A stretch of 64,000 nucleotides of DNA. It comes from an uncultured delta proteobacterium (GTDB lineage Bacteria > Desulfobacterota > Desulfobacteria > Desulfobacterales > Desulfosalsimonadaceae). Below are positions 55,323-64,000 of the stretch, piece by piece. The stretch covers positions 1 to 64,000 of the forward strand of contig CAWGYD010000009.1 in NCBI GenBank assembly GCA_963826785.1. Reading direction: 5' to 3'. The translations under genes and the position numbers were made by a program. The notes below the pieces were generated by a model, which did no database searches, was not told the origin of the DNA, and saw only the letters and a program-made list of their open reading frames with translations. The first letter of the stretch is position 1. Each line of letters begins with the position of its first letter.

Positions 55323-55405
55323 TTTCATCGTCCTTTGAGTGTCGATCCTTATATGAATAATTCGGAATGGTTCAGCAGACAACCGATCCTTCGGAGATTA
55401 AGATC

Positions 55406-55438
55406 AAAAAAATGGGGATTAACACGTAACCCCCATTT
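55406..55438 (-). terminator. Intrinsic terminator-like hairpin between the acidic gene and valS
   Basis: Minus strand AAATGGGG-loop-CCCCATTTTTTT. Confidence 0.55.
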
Positions 55439-55490
55439 CTGCAATTCTTCTTCCGGAAAAAATTCCGCCGGATATACGATTGTATGAAAA

Positions 55491-56111
55491 CTATTTTTTC
55501 AATGCGGAAATAATGATCTCCTTGAGACGGCCGACTTCTGCGGTCACCGCTTTTTCGACCATCTCCTCAATCATGTGGTTAATCTGGTCGGTGTACATGT
55601 GACGGATGGCCCTTTCAACCGCTTGGTCCATATCGGGAGATACCGGCGCCGGCGTTTCGGGCCGGGCGGGTTGACCATCATCGGAAAATACGGCCTGCGG
55701 CGCTTTCTTCAGGCCGGGAGCGTCTTCATCTTCCGGACCGAAATAATCGTCGAGTTCACGGGAAAGTTCTTCCTCCATATCATCGTCAGGAGGCAGGGAT
55801 TCATCACCTGATGAATCAGAATCGGTGGAGGATCTTTCGGCAATGGGGGGGGCGGATTTTTCATCGTGGGACAGATCGAGCATATGGTGATCATCGGATT
55901 CTTCCACCGTGACGCCGGAAATTCCGTTCATGGCCTCGTCGATCAACTCCTCAGTGAGTTCGATGATCGCCTCATCTTCCTGGGTGGTGCCGATGGCGAT
56001 ATCCGAAAGCTCGATAACCTCGTTTTCTTCACGGGCGACTTCCCCCTGCCCTTCTGCTTCGGATGGTTTCGTCTCCGCATCTGCCCGGCTATTTTCCTGA
56101 TAATCGGTCAT
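55491..56111 (-). CDS. Highly acidic, probably disordered protein with helical C-terminus (PopZ-like architecture)
   Basis: 206-aa D/E/P-rich ORF; repeated (V/I)IEL(S/T)(D/E); C-terminus VERAIR...IEEMVEKAVTAEVGRLKE. Confidence 0.75.
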   Translation of the reverse strand: MTDYQENSRADAETKPSEAEGQGEVAREENEVIELSDIAIGTTQEDEAIIELTEELIDEAMNGISGVTVEESDDHHMLDLSHDEKSAPPIAERSSTDSDSSGDESLPPDDDMEEELSRELDDYFGPEDEDAPGLKKAPQAVFSDDGQPARPETPAPVSPDMDQAVERAIRHMYTDQINHMIEEMVEKAVTAEVGRLKEIIISALKK

Positions 56112-56318
56112 TTAGATTCGGCCCCCTGTTTCATAGATTCATTTCGGTTCAAAGATCATGAATTTTTGAGATATTTCGGTATTTTTCTATCACGGGGGAC
56201 ACTGTGGTGTCAAGGAAATTACACCCATTTTACCCCCTGCAGGCAACCGGGTGCTGCTATTTGCATAAAAGACGCAAATTGGAATTGATTTCAGCGGGGT
56301 AGTTTTTTAAGATAGGGC

Positions 56319-57056
56319 ATGACACTGCGCAGATTCTACATCGACCCCGAAGCGATCAAATCGGCCGCACCCGCGGTTGTCGGCCCGGATGCCCGCCATA
56401 TCACCACCGTGCTGCGCCTGAAAAGAGATGACCGCATCCTCCTTCTTGACGGAACGGGATCGATGTATGAGGCCAGAATCACCAGCCTTTCAAATGAACG
56501 GGTGGAGGTCTGTGTTATCCGCACCTGCGGCGGTGAAGCCGAATCGCCGATTCGGATCATCGTGGGGCAGGGTTTTTTAAAAGACAAGAAAATGGACCTG
56601 CTGGTGCGGCATTTGACTGAAATCGGCATATCTGCATGGATTCCGGTGTTTACCCGAAATGCCATCCCCCGTCCGGATGGAAAACGCCTGGCATCGCGTG
56701 TCGAGAGATGGAAAACCATCGCCATGGAAGCGGCCAAACAGTGCCGACGCAGCCGGCCGCCCGATATCTCTGATCCGATTTCTTTTGACGACCTGTTGAA
56801 AATCGACGCGGACATCAAAATCGTGTTCTGGGAGAACGAGACCGGACGATGGATGGAAAAGCCCCCTGCCCGCCAGGAAAACGCATCCATCCTGATGCTG
56901 CTGGGCCCCGAAGGCGGATTCACTGAGGACGAGATAAAAAAGGCCAAAGGGGCCGGGTTTGCCACTGCATCCCTCGGACCCCGGATTTTGAGAGCGGAAA
57001 CAGCCGCGATTGCCGCCGCCGCATTGATACAGCACCACTATGGCGACATGGGATAA
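56319..57056 (+). CDS. rsmE: 16S rRNA m3U1498 methyltransferase
   Basis: RHITTVLRL, TEIG, EAAKQCRR, GPEGGF, LGPRILRAETA. Confidence 0.96.
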   Translation: MTLRRFYIDPEAIKSAAPAVVGPDARHITTVLRLKRDDRILLLDGTGSMYEARITSLSNERVEVCVIRTCGGEAESPIRIIVGQGFLKDKKMDLLVRHLTEIGISAWIPVFTRNAIPRPDGKRLASRVERWKTIAMEAAKQCRRSRPPDISDPISFDDLLKIDADIKIVFWENETGRWMEKPPARQENASILMLLGPEGGFTEDEIKKAKGAGFATASLGPRILRAETAAIAAAALIQHHYGDMG

Positions 57057-57083
57057 ACATGTCGGAAACGATCTATAGAAGTC

Positions 57084-57130
57084 AAAAAGCATAAAAGGCG
57101 GCCTTTTTAGGGCCGCCTTTTATGCTTTTT
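57084..57130. terminator. Bidirectional terminator between rsmE and tRNA-Phe
   Basis: Perfect 20-bp IR AAAAAGCATAAAAGGCGGCC / GGCCGCCTTTTATGCTTTTT. Confidence 0.88.
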
Positions 57131-57140
57131 AAATATAAAG

Positions 57141-57213
57141 TGCCGGGGGACAGAATCGAACTGCCGACACGGGGATTTTCAGTCCCCTGCTCTACCGACT
57201 GAGCTACCCCGGC
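57141..57213 (-). tRNA. tRNA-Phe(GAA), CCA end not encoded
   Basis: GCCGGGGTAGCTCAGTCGGTAGAGCAGGGGACTGAAAATCCCCGTGTCGGCAGTTCGATTCTGTCCCCCGGCA; cloverleaf with anticodon GAA. Confidence 0.97.
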
Positions 57214-57340
57214 ATAATTTCTGGATTAATTCCCTGCTGCTATATGCTGCATAGCAATAGTCAAAAACCAAACCCAAGATCAAAAACGTTGCCGACCTAA
57301 TAAAATCAGTAACTTACAAAGTTGCTGAAAGTTATTCTTA

Positions 57341-57368
57341 ACTATAATTTTCTGGCTATTCTTGTCAA
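57341..57368 (-). promoter_or_regulatory. sigma70 promoter for tRNA-Phe
   Basis: TTGACA-16 nt-TATAGT on the minus strand. Confidence 0.7.
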
Positions 57369-57411
57369 GCGGTTTTTCGCTGATTGAAAATTTTTCCAAA
57401 AGCGGTTGATT

Positions 57412-57660
57412 TCAATACCCGCCGCGCTTGGCTTTTTGAGGGCCTACGGCATTGTTGCATTTGGGGCACCGGCCGGCATGCACGCTCACCATTCCCTGCC
57501 ATCCGCACAGGTCACACTGAGCGGCCCGGGTGTAGGCACTGCTTTTTCCTTTGAACAGGAATTTACGGACATTTTTCCAGATAAAACCGGCCGCCGCCGC
57601 AACAATGACGATCATAACAACGTCGTATACCGTAAAATCTCCGAAAACGATTGTCTCCAT
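57412..57660 (-). CDS. Small membrane protein with zinc ribbon (82 aa)
   Basis: GGGGAG RBS; one TM helix; CDLC...CPKC. Confidence 0.7.
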   Translation of the reverse strand: METIVFGDFTVYDVVMIVIVAAAAGFIWKNVRKFLFKGKSSAYTRAAQCDLCGWQGMVSVHAGRCPKCNNAVGPQKAKRGGY

Positions 57661-57864
57661 GATCGACTCCCCATCTTTAAATATGAAAATGTCCGACTTG
57701 GAACTCGGATTTGAATACCACAAAGAGGTCTTCTGTGTCTACTTCCTTTAAAGGCGTTGACGCAGTCCCGATTTTAATATAGATATTTACAGATCTGATC
57801 AGTAAAAAAGAAACGGAAATCTCGGAAAAAATACGGCAGGAAAAGACAAATGGAGGACTGGCGC

Positions 57865-58329
57865 ATGAAAGCTGTTCCCGGAGGTTCCTTCGACATCAGA
57901 TTCATCCAGATCCTGATGATTGCCGCTGTCGCCTTCGCGCCCGTTTTTTTTGCCGGATGCACGACCACCCAGAAGGGTTACAGCGGCCCCTATCGGCAAG
58001 CCGGTGAAGTGGCCTATCTTCAACCCGACCGGGAGAAGGCATTTACGCATGTGGCCATCCTGTCGGTGGATGGCATCAAATGGAGCTATTTGGATTCACG
58101 ATTCGAAATCCTGCCCGGCCCGCACCAAGTGGATGTCCGGATTACGCTCGATTATCCCTACCTGGATGAACCCCTTTCCTTTCGCCAGGATATCTCATTT
58201 GAAACCGAAGCGGCCCAGACATACACTATTCATGGCAAAATCGAACCCATCTTCCGAACAGGTGATATCTGGGTCACCTCCGACCAGACACCCGGCGAAT
58301 CGATGGCCAAATGGCACAGTTCCTTCTGA
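57865..58329 (+). CDS. Putative lipoprotein
   Basis: GGAGG RBS; hydrophobic stretch ending in lipobox FAG|C. Confidence 0.7.
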   Translation: MKAVPGGSFDIRFIQILMIAAVAFAPVFFAGCTTTQKGYSGPYRQAGEVAYLQPDREKAFTHVAILSVDGIKWSYLDSRFEILPGPHQVDVRITLDYPYLDEPLSFRQDISFETEAAQTYTIHGKIEPIFRTGDIWVTSDQTPGESMAKWHSSF

Positions 58330-58425
58330 AAAAGTGCTGCCCGGATGCACTGTTTCCGACTTTTTTGCGATTTCATCAATTCTGCATCGTTTGAATCAGG
58401 TGTTTAGACCGATCTGGCAGAAAAT

Positions 58426-58463
58426 AAAAGGGGCGGCCTTTTTAACGAGGTCGCCCCTTTTTT
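58426..58463. terminator. Bidirectional terminator
   Basis: AAAAGGGGCGGCCT-loop-AGGTCGCCCCTTTTTT between convergent genes. Confidence 0.8.
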
Positions 58464-58484
58464 CTCAAATTTGGATGTCAAATA

Positions 58485-58703
58485 TTACTCTGAGCCGGGC
58501 TTATACTTGAAGGAGAGTCTGACCGTTGCCCTGAAGAGCGCGACCTTTCCATCTTCGAGTTTCATGTCCAGATCCTTGATTTCAGCAACCCGCGTATCCC
58601 TTAAAGACTTGGATGCGGTTTCCACGGCGGCTCTGGCGGCATCCTCCCAGGATGTGGCACTGGTCCCGACCATTTCAATGAATTTGTACACACTGTCACT
58701 CAT
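58485..58703 (-). CDS. Dodecin-family protein (72 aa)
   Basis: SVYKFIEMVGTSATSWEDAARAAV...LSFKY; AAGGAGG RBS. Confidence 0.9.
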   Translation of the reverse strand: MSDSVYKFIEMVGTSATSWEDAARAAVETASKSLRDTRVAEIKDLDMKLEDGKVALFRATVRLSFKYKPGSE

Positions 58704-58942
58704 AATCCCCTCCTTGCATTTAGTTGGGTTTACAGCCGGCCCCTGCAAAAACACATCTGCAAAAGCCCCGGATTCTTAAAGAGAAAAGCTCCGGTAAATT
58801 TACAGAAAGGGTAACCATCAGACGTTTTCATATCAAATAAGGCGGCACGCTTAGTCATAATAAGCATATGATATTCAATTGTTTTTTGAAATATTTCGCA
58901 AGCCTTGCATTCACCGGAGCCTGTGCTTATATTCAGTGCACT

Positions 58943-60748
58943 ATGAAAACTGAAAATGAAAAAACACCCAATCCGAACGAGATCGAAAAAGAGATCGGCG
59001 ATTTTCTGAGCCGCAAATATGGAAACCAGGTCAAACTGGTGTCGCCGTTTGCCATGCCGGAGGAAAACCGCTCCGAAACAGATGATTTTTCCGCAAAGAA
59101 AGGGCGGGGTTTCAACACGGAATTAAAACCCGAGGAACTGATCGCCCATCTTGACCAGTATATCATCAAGCAGGATATGGCCAAAAAGATCCTGTCCACC
59201 AAAATCTGCACCCATTACAACCGCATCCGGCGCCGCGAACAGGGCCAGATCCCGGAAATCACCGGCAACATCAAGAACAACGTGCTGATGATCGGCCCCA
59301 CGGGCGTGGGAAAGACCTACATGATCAAATTGATCGCCAAGAAGATCGGCGTCCCTTTCGTCAAGGGCGATGCCACCAAATTCAGCGAAACCGGATATGT
59401 GGGCGGGGATGTGGAAGACCTGGTGCGGGACCTGGTCCGCGAAGCCGACAACGACATCGAGGCGGCCCAGTGCGGCATCATCTACATCGATGAAATCGAC
59501 AAAATTGCTTCCAGCCATAATCTGGTCGGCGCCGATGTGTCACGCACCGGTGTGCAGCGGGCGCTGCTCAAACCCATGGAAGAAACGGACGTCGAGCTCA
59601 AAGTCCCCCATGATCCCATCTCCATGATCCAGGAAGTGGAGCAGTTCAGAAAGACCGGCAAGCGGGAAAAACGCTCGGTCAACACGAAAAACATCCTGTT
59701 CATCATGAGCGGGGCTTTCGGGGAATTGCCGGAAATCATCCGAAAAAGAACCCAGTCCCAGGGGATCGGTTTCGGCGCCCAGATGAGCCGGCCGGCAGAT
59801 AAATCCGAAATTTTAAAGGCCACCAAGGCGGAAGACCTGATCGCCTTCGGGTTCGAATCCGAATTCGTGGGGCGGCTGCCGGTAAAGGCCGTGTTTTCGG
59901 AACTCAAGGAAAACGATCTGCTCGAAATTCTTCGAAACCCGAATAACCCGGTGATCCTGAGCAAAAAACTCGATTTTTCCACCTATGGGGTCGATATCAA
60001 ATTCTCGGATGAAGCATTGAAGATGCTGGCCCGTAAAGCCTGCCAGGAGAATACCGGCGCGCGCGGACTGGTCAGCGTCATTGAAGAGGCATTGATGGAT
60101 TTTGAAACCCACCTGCCCTCTTCCAGTATCCGGCACTTTCCGGTCACCCGTGAGGTGATCGATCATCCGGAAAAGACCCTTTCGGACTGGCTCAATGGCG
60201 GTGGGTCGGACCTTAGGGATGCGCAATACAACGGAATAATCGATGAGAATCAGAACTTCATCAGGGCCTTTCTGAAGCAGAATCGCAAAAACGTGGTGAT
60301 CCAGTACGGCATGCCGCTGACCGATTATCGTATCGAGCGGATCGCCGAATACTACAGCTTCCATGTCACCGAAATCGGAAATGCCGTCAACCGGATCAAG
60401 GCCTATTATGACCGGATCAAAAAACTGGAAATCGATTTTTACAACAAACACGACATCAACATCGTTCTGGAAGAGGATGCCGTCGATTACCTCATGGACG
60501 GACTCATTGTCCGCTCAGCTGACGTCAAAGCCGTCTATGAGAAGATCGTGGCGGATTTTGAATTCGGACTGAAGCTGATCCAGGAGAAAACCGGCCGGAA
60601 CCGGTTCTTCATCCCCCGGCAGGCACTGGATGAACCGGAAACATTCCTCAACCAGATCATCCGGAGTGAATTCAATAAAACCAACGGTGAAATCCCCTTT
60701 TCAATTAACCCCATCAATTATGATTCTTCTGGAAATAAACCACTTTAG
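58943..60748 (+). CDS. ClpX-like AAA+ ATPase lacking the Zn-binding N-domain, with C-terminal extension
   Basis: GPTGVGKT, DATKFSETGYVGGDVE, IDEIDKI, GVQRALLK, IGF loop, EFVGRLP, TGARGL. Confidence 0.88.
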   Translation: MKTENEKTPNPNEIEKEIGDFLSRKYGNQVKLVSPFAMPEENRSETDDFSAKKGRGFNTELKPEELIAHLDQYIIKQDMAKKILSTKICTHYNRIRRREQGQIPEITGNIKNNVLMIGPTGVGKTYMIKLIAKKIGVPFVKGDATKFSETGYVGGDVEDLVRDLVREADNDIEAAQCGIIYIDEIDKIASSHNLVGADVSRTGVQRALLKPMEETDVELKVPHDPISMIQEVEQFRKTGKREKRSVNTKNILFIMSGAFGELPEIIRKRTQSQGIGFGAQMSRPADKSEILKATKAEDLIAFGFESEFVGRLPVKAVFSELKENDLLEILRNPNNPVILSKKLDFSTYGVDIKFSDEALKMLARKACQENTGARGLVSVIEEALMDFETHLPSSSIRHFPVTREVIDHPEKTLSDWLNGGGSDLRDAQYNGIIDENQNFIRAFLKQNRKNVVIQYGMPLTDYRIERIAEYYSFHVTEIGNAVNRIKAYYDRIKKLEIDFYNKHDINIVLEEDAVDYLMDGLIVRSADVKAVYEKIVADFEFGLKLIQEKTGRNRFFIPRQALDEPETFLNQIIRSEFNKTNGEIPFSINPINYDSSGNKPL

Positions 60749-60882
60749 ATAGCCAATAGGGATTGACGGCATCGAATTTGGTTGATACAGGATACATCTC
60801 GTGGTTGCGGCAAGAGCAGCTTTGCCGCAACTGTTCTGCCCCATGATCAACACGGGTGAATGCCCGAACGGAGTATACATTT

Positions 60883-62064
60883 ATGATCGGAATATCCAAA
60901 CTCTATTGCGGCACGGTTGAACCCTCCGATGCCCTTCGCTACGGCCGCCAATCCAAGGAACTGCCTTCCCACCTGCTTCAGTTTTCCGCAGACAAGAAGC
61001 CGGTGGTGGTGTGGAATATCACCCAGACCTGCAATCTCAAATGCGTTCATTGCTATGCCCATGCCAAGGCCCGGCAGCAGGACAACGAACTGAGCACCTT
61101 AGAAGGAAAGCGCGTCATCGATGACCTGGCCGATTTCGGCGCCCCGGTCATCCTGTTTTCCGGCGGCGAACCCCTGATGCGAAAGGACCTCCCCGAACTC
61201 GCCGCATATGCGGTGTCAAAGGGGATGCGGGCGGTTATCTCCACCAACGGAACGCTCATCGACGCGGACACCGCGCGCATGCTCAAGGATATCGGACTTT
61301 CATACGTGGGGATCAGCCTGGACGGGATGAAAGCCATCAACGACAAGTTCCGCGGGGTGGACGGGGCCTTTGAGGCCGCCCTCAGGGGAATCGACAACTG
61401 CCAGAACGCCGGCATCAAGGTGGGGCTGCGGTTCACCATCAACCGCTTCAACGCCGGAGAAGTCCCCGCCCTGTTTGATGTCCTGGAGGAGCGCGACGTC
61501 CCCCGCATCTGTTTTTACCACCTGGTATACGCCGGCAGGGGGTCGGGCCTGGTCAACGACGATCTCACCCATGAGCAGACCCGAAAGACCGTGGACCTGA
61601 TCATCGACCGGACCCTTCGCCTGCACGAGGCGGGCAAATCCAAGGAGGTGCTCACCGTGGACAACCATGCGGACGGCCCCTACCTTTACCTTCGCATGCT
61701 CAGGGAAAACTCCCCCCGGGCAAAGGAAGTGCTGGAATTGCTCCAGATGAACGAGGGGAATAATTCCGGCCGGGGCATCGGCTGCATCTCCTGGGACGGT
61801 CGTGTGCATGCCGACCAGTTCTGGCGTCACGAGAGTTTCGGCAATGTCCGGCAGCGCCCTTTTTCAGAAATCTGGACCGACCTGTCCAATCCGCTGATGG
61901 AAAAACTAAAAGACAAGAAGCGCCATGTCACCGGCCGGTGCGCCAAATGCCGCTGGCTGGATATCTGCGGCGGCAATTTCCGCGTCCGGGCCGAAGCCGT
62001 CACCGGCGACCTGTGGGCCCCGGACCCGGCCTGTTACCTGTCGGATGAAGAAATCGCCAAATAA
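60883..62064 (+). CDS. ahbC: 12,18-didecarboxysiroheme deacetylase (radical SAM, alternative heme pathway)
   Basis: MIGISKLYCG, CNLKCVHCY, YHLVYAGRG, VDNHADG, SPASM-type C-terminus; context with hemB and ahbD. Confidence 0.9.
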   Translation: MIGISKLYCGTVEPSDALRYGRQSKELPSHLLQFSADKKPVVVWNITQTCNLKCVHCYAHAKARQQDNELSTLEGKRVIDDLADFGAPVILFSGGEPLMRKDLPELAAYAVSKGMRAVISTNGTLIDADTARMLKDIGLSYVGISLDGMKAINDKFRGVDGAFEAALRGIDNCQNAGIKVGLRFTINRFNAGEVPALFDVLEERDVPRICFYHLVYAGRGSGLVNDDLTHEQTRKTVDLIIDRTLRLHEAGKSKEVLTVDNHADGPYLYLRMLRENSPRAKEVLELLQMNEGNNSGRGIGCISWDGRVHADQFWRHESFGNVRQRPFSEIWTDLSNPLMEKLKDKKRHVTGRCAKCRWLDICGGNFRVRAEAVTGDLWAPDPACYLSDEEIAK

Positions 62065-62076
62065 AGGATTCCGCCA

Positions 62077-63057
62077 ATGCAATTTCCTGAATATCGCGCC
62101 CGGCGCCTGAGGCAGAACAGCGGCTTCAGGCGGATGATCCGGGAAACCCGGCTTTCTCCGGACGACCTGATTCTCCCGGTATTTGCCGCGCCGGGTAAAA
62201 ACGTGGAAAACCCGATTCCTTCCATGCCGGGCCACGCCCAGCTTTCCGTGGACAATCTGATCAAAAAGGTTCTCGAGGCCAAACGCCTGCGCATTCCCGC
62301 GGTGATGGTGTTCGGCATACCGGAGAAAAAGGATGCACTGGCCACCCGGGCGTATGCCAAAGACGGCATCGTCCAGCGGGCGGTAAAGGAAATCAAGAAC
62401 AAGGTGCCGGACATGATCGTGATCACGGATGTGTGTCTGTGCCAATATATGGATCACGGCCACTGCGGTGTGGTGGAAAAAGGCGTTATCGCAAACGACG
62501 CATCCCTCGACCTTTTGGCCCGGACCGCGGTTTCCCATGCCGGCGCCGGTGCGGATATGGTGGCCCCGTCGGACATGATGGACGGCCGGGTGGCGGTGAT
62601 CCGGGAAGCCCTGGATGACGATGGCCATTTCAATACGCCCATCATGAGCTATGCCGTCAAATACTGTTCGGCCTATTACGGACCATTCCGGGAAGCCGCC
62701 CATTCCGCCCCGCAGTTCGGGGATCGGCGGACCTACCAGATGGACCCGGCAAACGCGCTGGAAGCCATCCGGGAGGCGACTTTAGATATCGAAGAAGGGG
62801 CCGACATCATCATGGTCAAGCCCGCCCTTCCCTACCTGGATATCATCTGCCGGCTGCGCGATGAGCTCGATCTTCCCCTGGCCGCCTACAACGTGAGCGG
62901 CGAATACGCCATGGTCAAGGCCGCGGCCGAAAACGGCTGGATCGACGGCGAAAAGGTCATGATGGAATCCTTGACCGGCATCAAAAGGGCCGGCGCGGAT
63001 ATGATCCTGACCTACTTCGCCCTGGAAGCGGCAACATTTCTGGAAGAAAACCGGTAA
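62077..63057 (+). CDS. hemB: Porphobilinogen synthase
   Basis: [41 protein letters not shown]. Confidence 0.98.
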   Translation: MQFPEYRARRLRQNSGFRRMIRETRLSPDDLILPVFAAPGKNVENPIPSMPGHAQLSVDNLIKKVLEAKRLRIPAVMVFGIPEKKDALATRAYAKDGIVQRAVKEIKNKVPDMIVITDVCLCQYMDHGHCGVVEKGVIANDASLDLLARTAVSHAGAGADMVAPSDMMDGRVAVIREALDDDGHFNTPIMSYAVKYCSAYYGPFREAAHSAPQFGDRRTYQMDPANALEAIREATLDIEEGADIIMVKPALPYLDIICRLRDELDLPLAAYNVSGEYAMVKAAAENGWIDGEKVMMESLTGIKRAGADMILTYFALEAATFLEENR

Positions 63058-63179
63058 AAAATAATTTTCTGAAATCACGGCTTCATGCTGCTTCGAGACC
63101 TTCGGGGGTAGAAACATTCCTCAATTTTGCCAAGAAGGCGAAGCACGCGAAGCGATGTACTGATAGGGAGCAAAATTCA

Positions 63180-64000
63180 TTGACTGAACCCGGCCACCCC
63201 CACTCGCACGGACATCCCGGAGCACCTGAAAACAAAGGCGAAAAATTTCCCCTGCGGCTGGTCGCCTGGGAAACCACCCGGAACTGCAATCTAAGCTGCG
63301 TCCACTGCCGGGCGGCTGCCACCTGCGGCCCCTATACCGGTGAACTCGACACCGTCGCATCCCTTGCCCTGCTCGATGAAATCGCCCTGCTGGGGCGTCC
63401 CATCGTGATCCTGACCGGCGGCGAACCGCTGCTCCGGGAGGACATATTCAAGATTGCATCCCATGGCACCGAAAAGGGCCTGCGCATGGTAATGGCGCCC
63501 AACGGGACCCTGATCACCCCTGACATGGCCCGACGGATGGCGGAATCGGGAATTCAGCGGATCAGCGTCAGCCTGGACGGGGCCACCCGGGAGCGGCATG
63601 ATGCCTTTCGCGGGGTGGACGGTGCATTTGAAGGCGCGCTGCGGGGAATTCATGCCGCCAAAGATGCCGGCATCGAATTTCAGGTCAATACCACCATCAC
63701 CAAACTCAATCACGACCAGATCCCCGAAATCCTGAAAATGGCGGAGCGTCTAGGGGCCGTGGCCCTGCACATTTTCCTGCTGGTCCCCACCGGCCGGGGC
63801 AAATACATTATCGACAAGGAAATTTCAGCCCAGGAATACGAGGCCACCTTAAACTGGTTTTATGATCAGAAGGATAAGACGCCGCTTCAGCTCAAGGCCA
63901 CCTGCGCCCCCCACTACTATCGCATCCTCCGGCAGCGGGCCCGTCAGGACGGCCGCTCCGTGACATTTGAAAGCCACGGCCTGGACGCGGTCACCCGGGG
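63180..64000 (+). CDS. ahbD: Heme b synthase (radical SAM), truncated by the window edge; absent from the ORF track
   Basis: TTG start after GGGAG; MTEPGHPHSHGHP...LRLVAWETTRNCNLSCVHCRA, LTGGEPL, FLLVPTGRG, KATCAPHYYR. Confidence 0.9.
   Translation, partial: MTEPGHPHSHGHPGAPENKGEKFPLRLVAWETTRNCNLSCVHCRAAATCGPYTGELDTVASLALLDEIALLGRPIVILTGGEPLLREDIFKIASHGTEKGLRMVMAPNGTLITPDMARRMAESGIQRISVSLDGATRERHDAFRGVDGAFEGALRGIHAAKDAGIEFQVNTTITKLNHDQIPEILKMAERLGAVALHIFLLVPTGRGKYIIDKEISAQEYEATLNWFYDQKDKTPLQLKATCAPHYYRILRQRARQDGRSVTFESHGLDAVTR

Noticed and set aside
57057..57213. tRNA-Phe as an island integration site
   Set aside because: No integrase and no duplicated tRNA 3' end; only a terminator and rsmE lie downstream.
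63080..63155. Imperfect palindrome between hemB and ahbD as an ncRNA
   Set aside because: Pairing is weak and degenerate; probably a decayed intergenic repeat, with no further support.

Overview
64 kb of a bacterial chromosome whose gene content points to a sulfate-reducer-like deltaproteobacterium (Desulfobacterales-like; inference). Bases 1-7.6 kb are an AT-rich type IV pilin cassette. It holds a sigma54-driven pilA followed by two TPR/GT-C membrane glycosyltransferase-like genes, a GT2 polyprenol-phosphate sugar synthase, a VKOR-DsbA fusion and another GT-C gene, and all of these accessory genes are heavily frameshifted. The rest is GC-rich core genome: ppdK, an archaeal-type shikimate operon (aroA'-aroB'-aroE-aroA-aroK, aroC), miaB, recJ, ileS-lspA-lgt-holA-helicase, dtd, dacB, folE2, ttcA, rpoZ, greA, leuB, psd, tsaB, lon, pilD, HU, ndk, lepA, nadC, valS, rsmE, tRNA-Phe, a ClpX-like ATPase and ahbC-hemB-ahbD. 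Highlights not evident from the ORF track: (1) a 28-aa Phe/Tyr/Trp-rich leader peptide with mutually exclusive antiterminator and terminator ahead of the archaeal-type aro operon; (2) a UGA-recoded HesB-like selenoprotein with a SECIS-like hairpin; (3) two 132-bp MITE copies, each with its own 6-bp target duplication; (4) nested palindromic repeat clusters around aroC; (5) a PopZ-like acidic protein upstream of valS. All calls come from reading motifs by eye; no database search was run.
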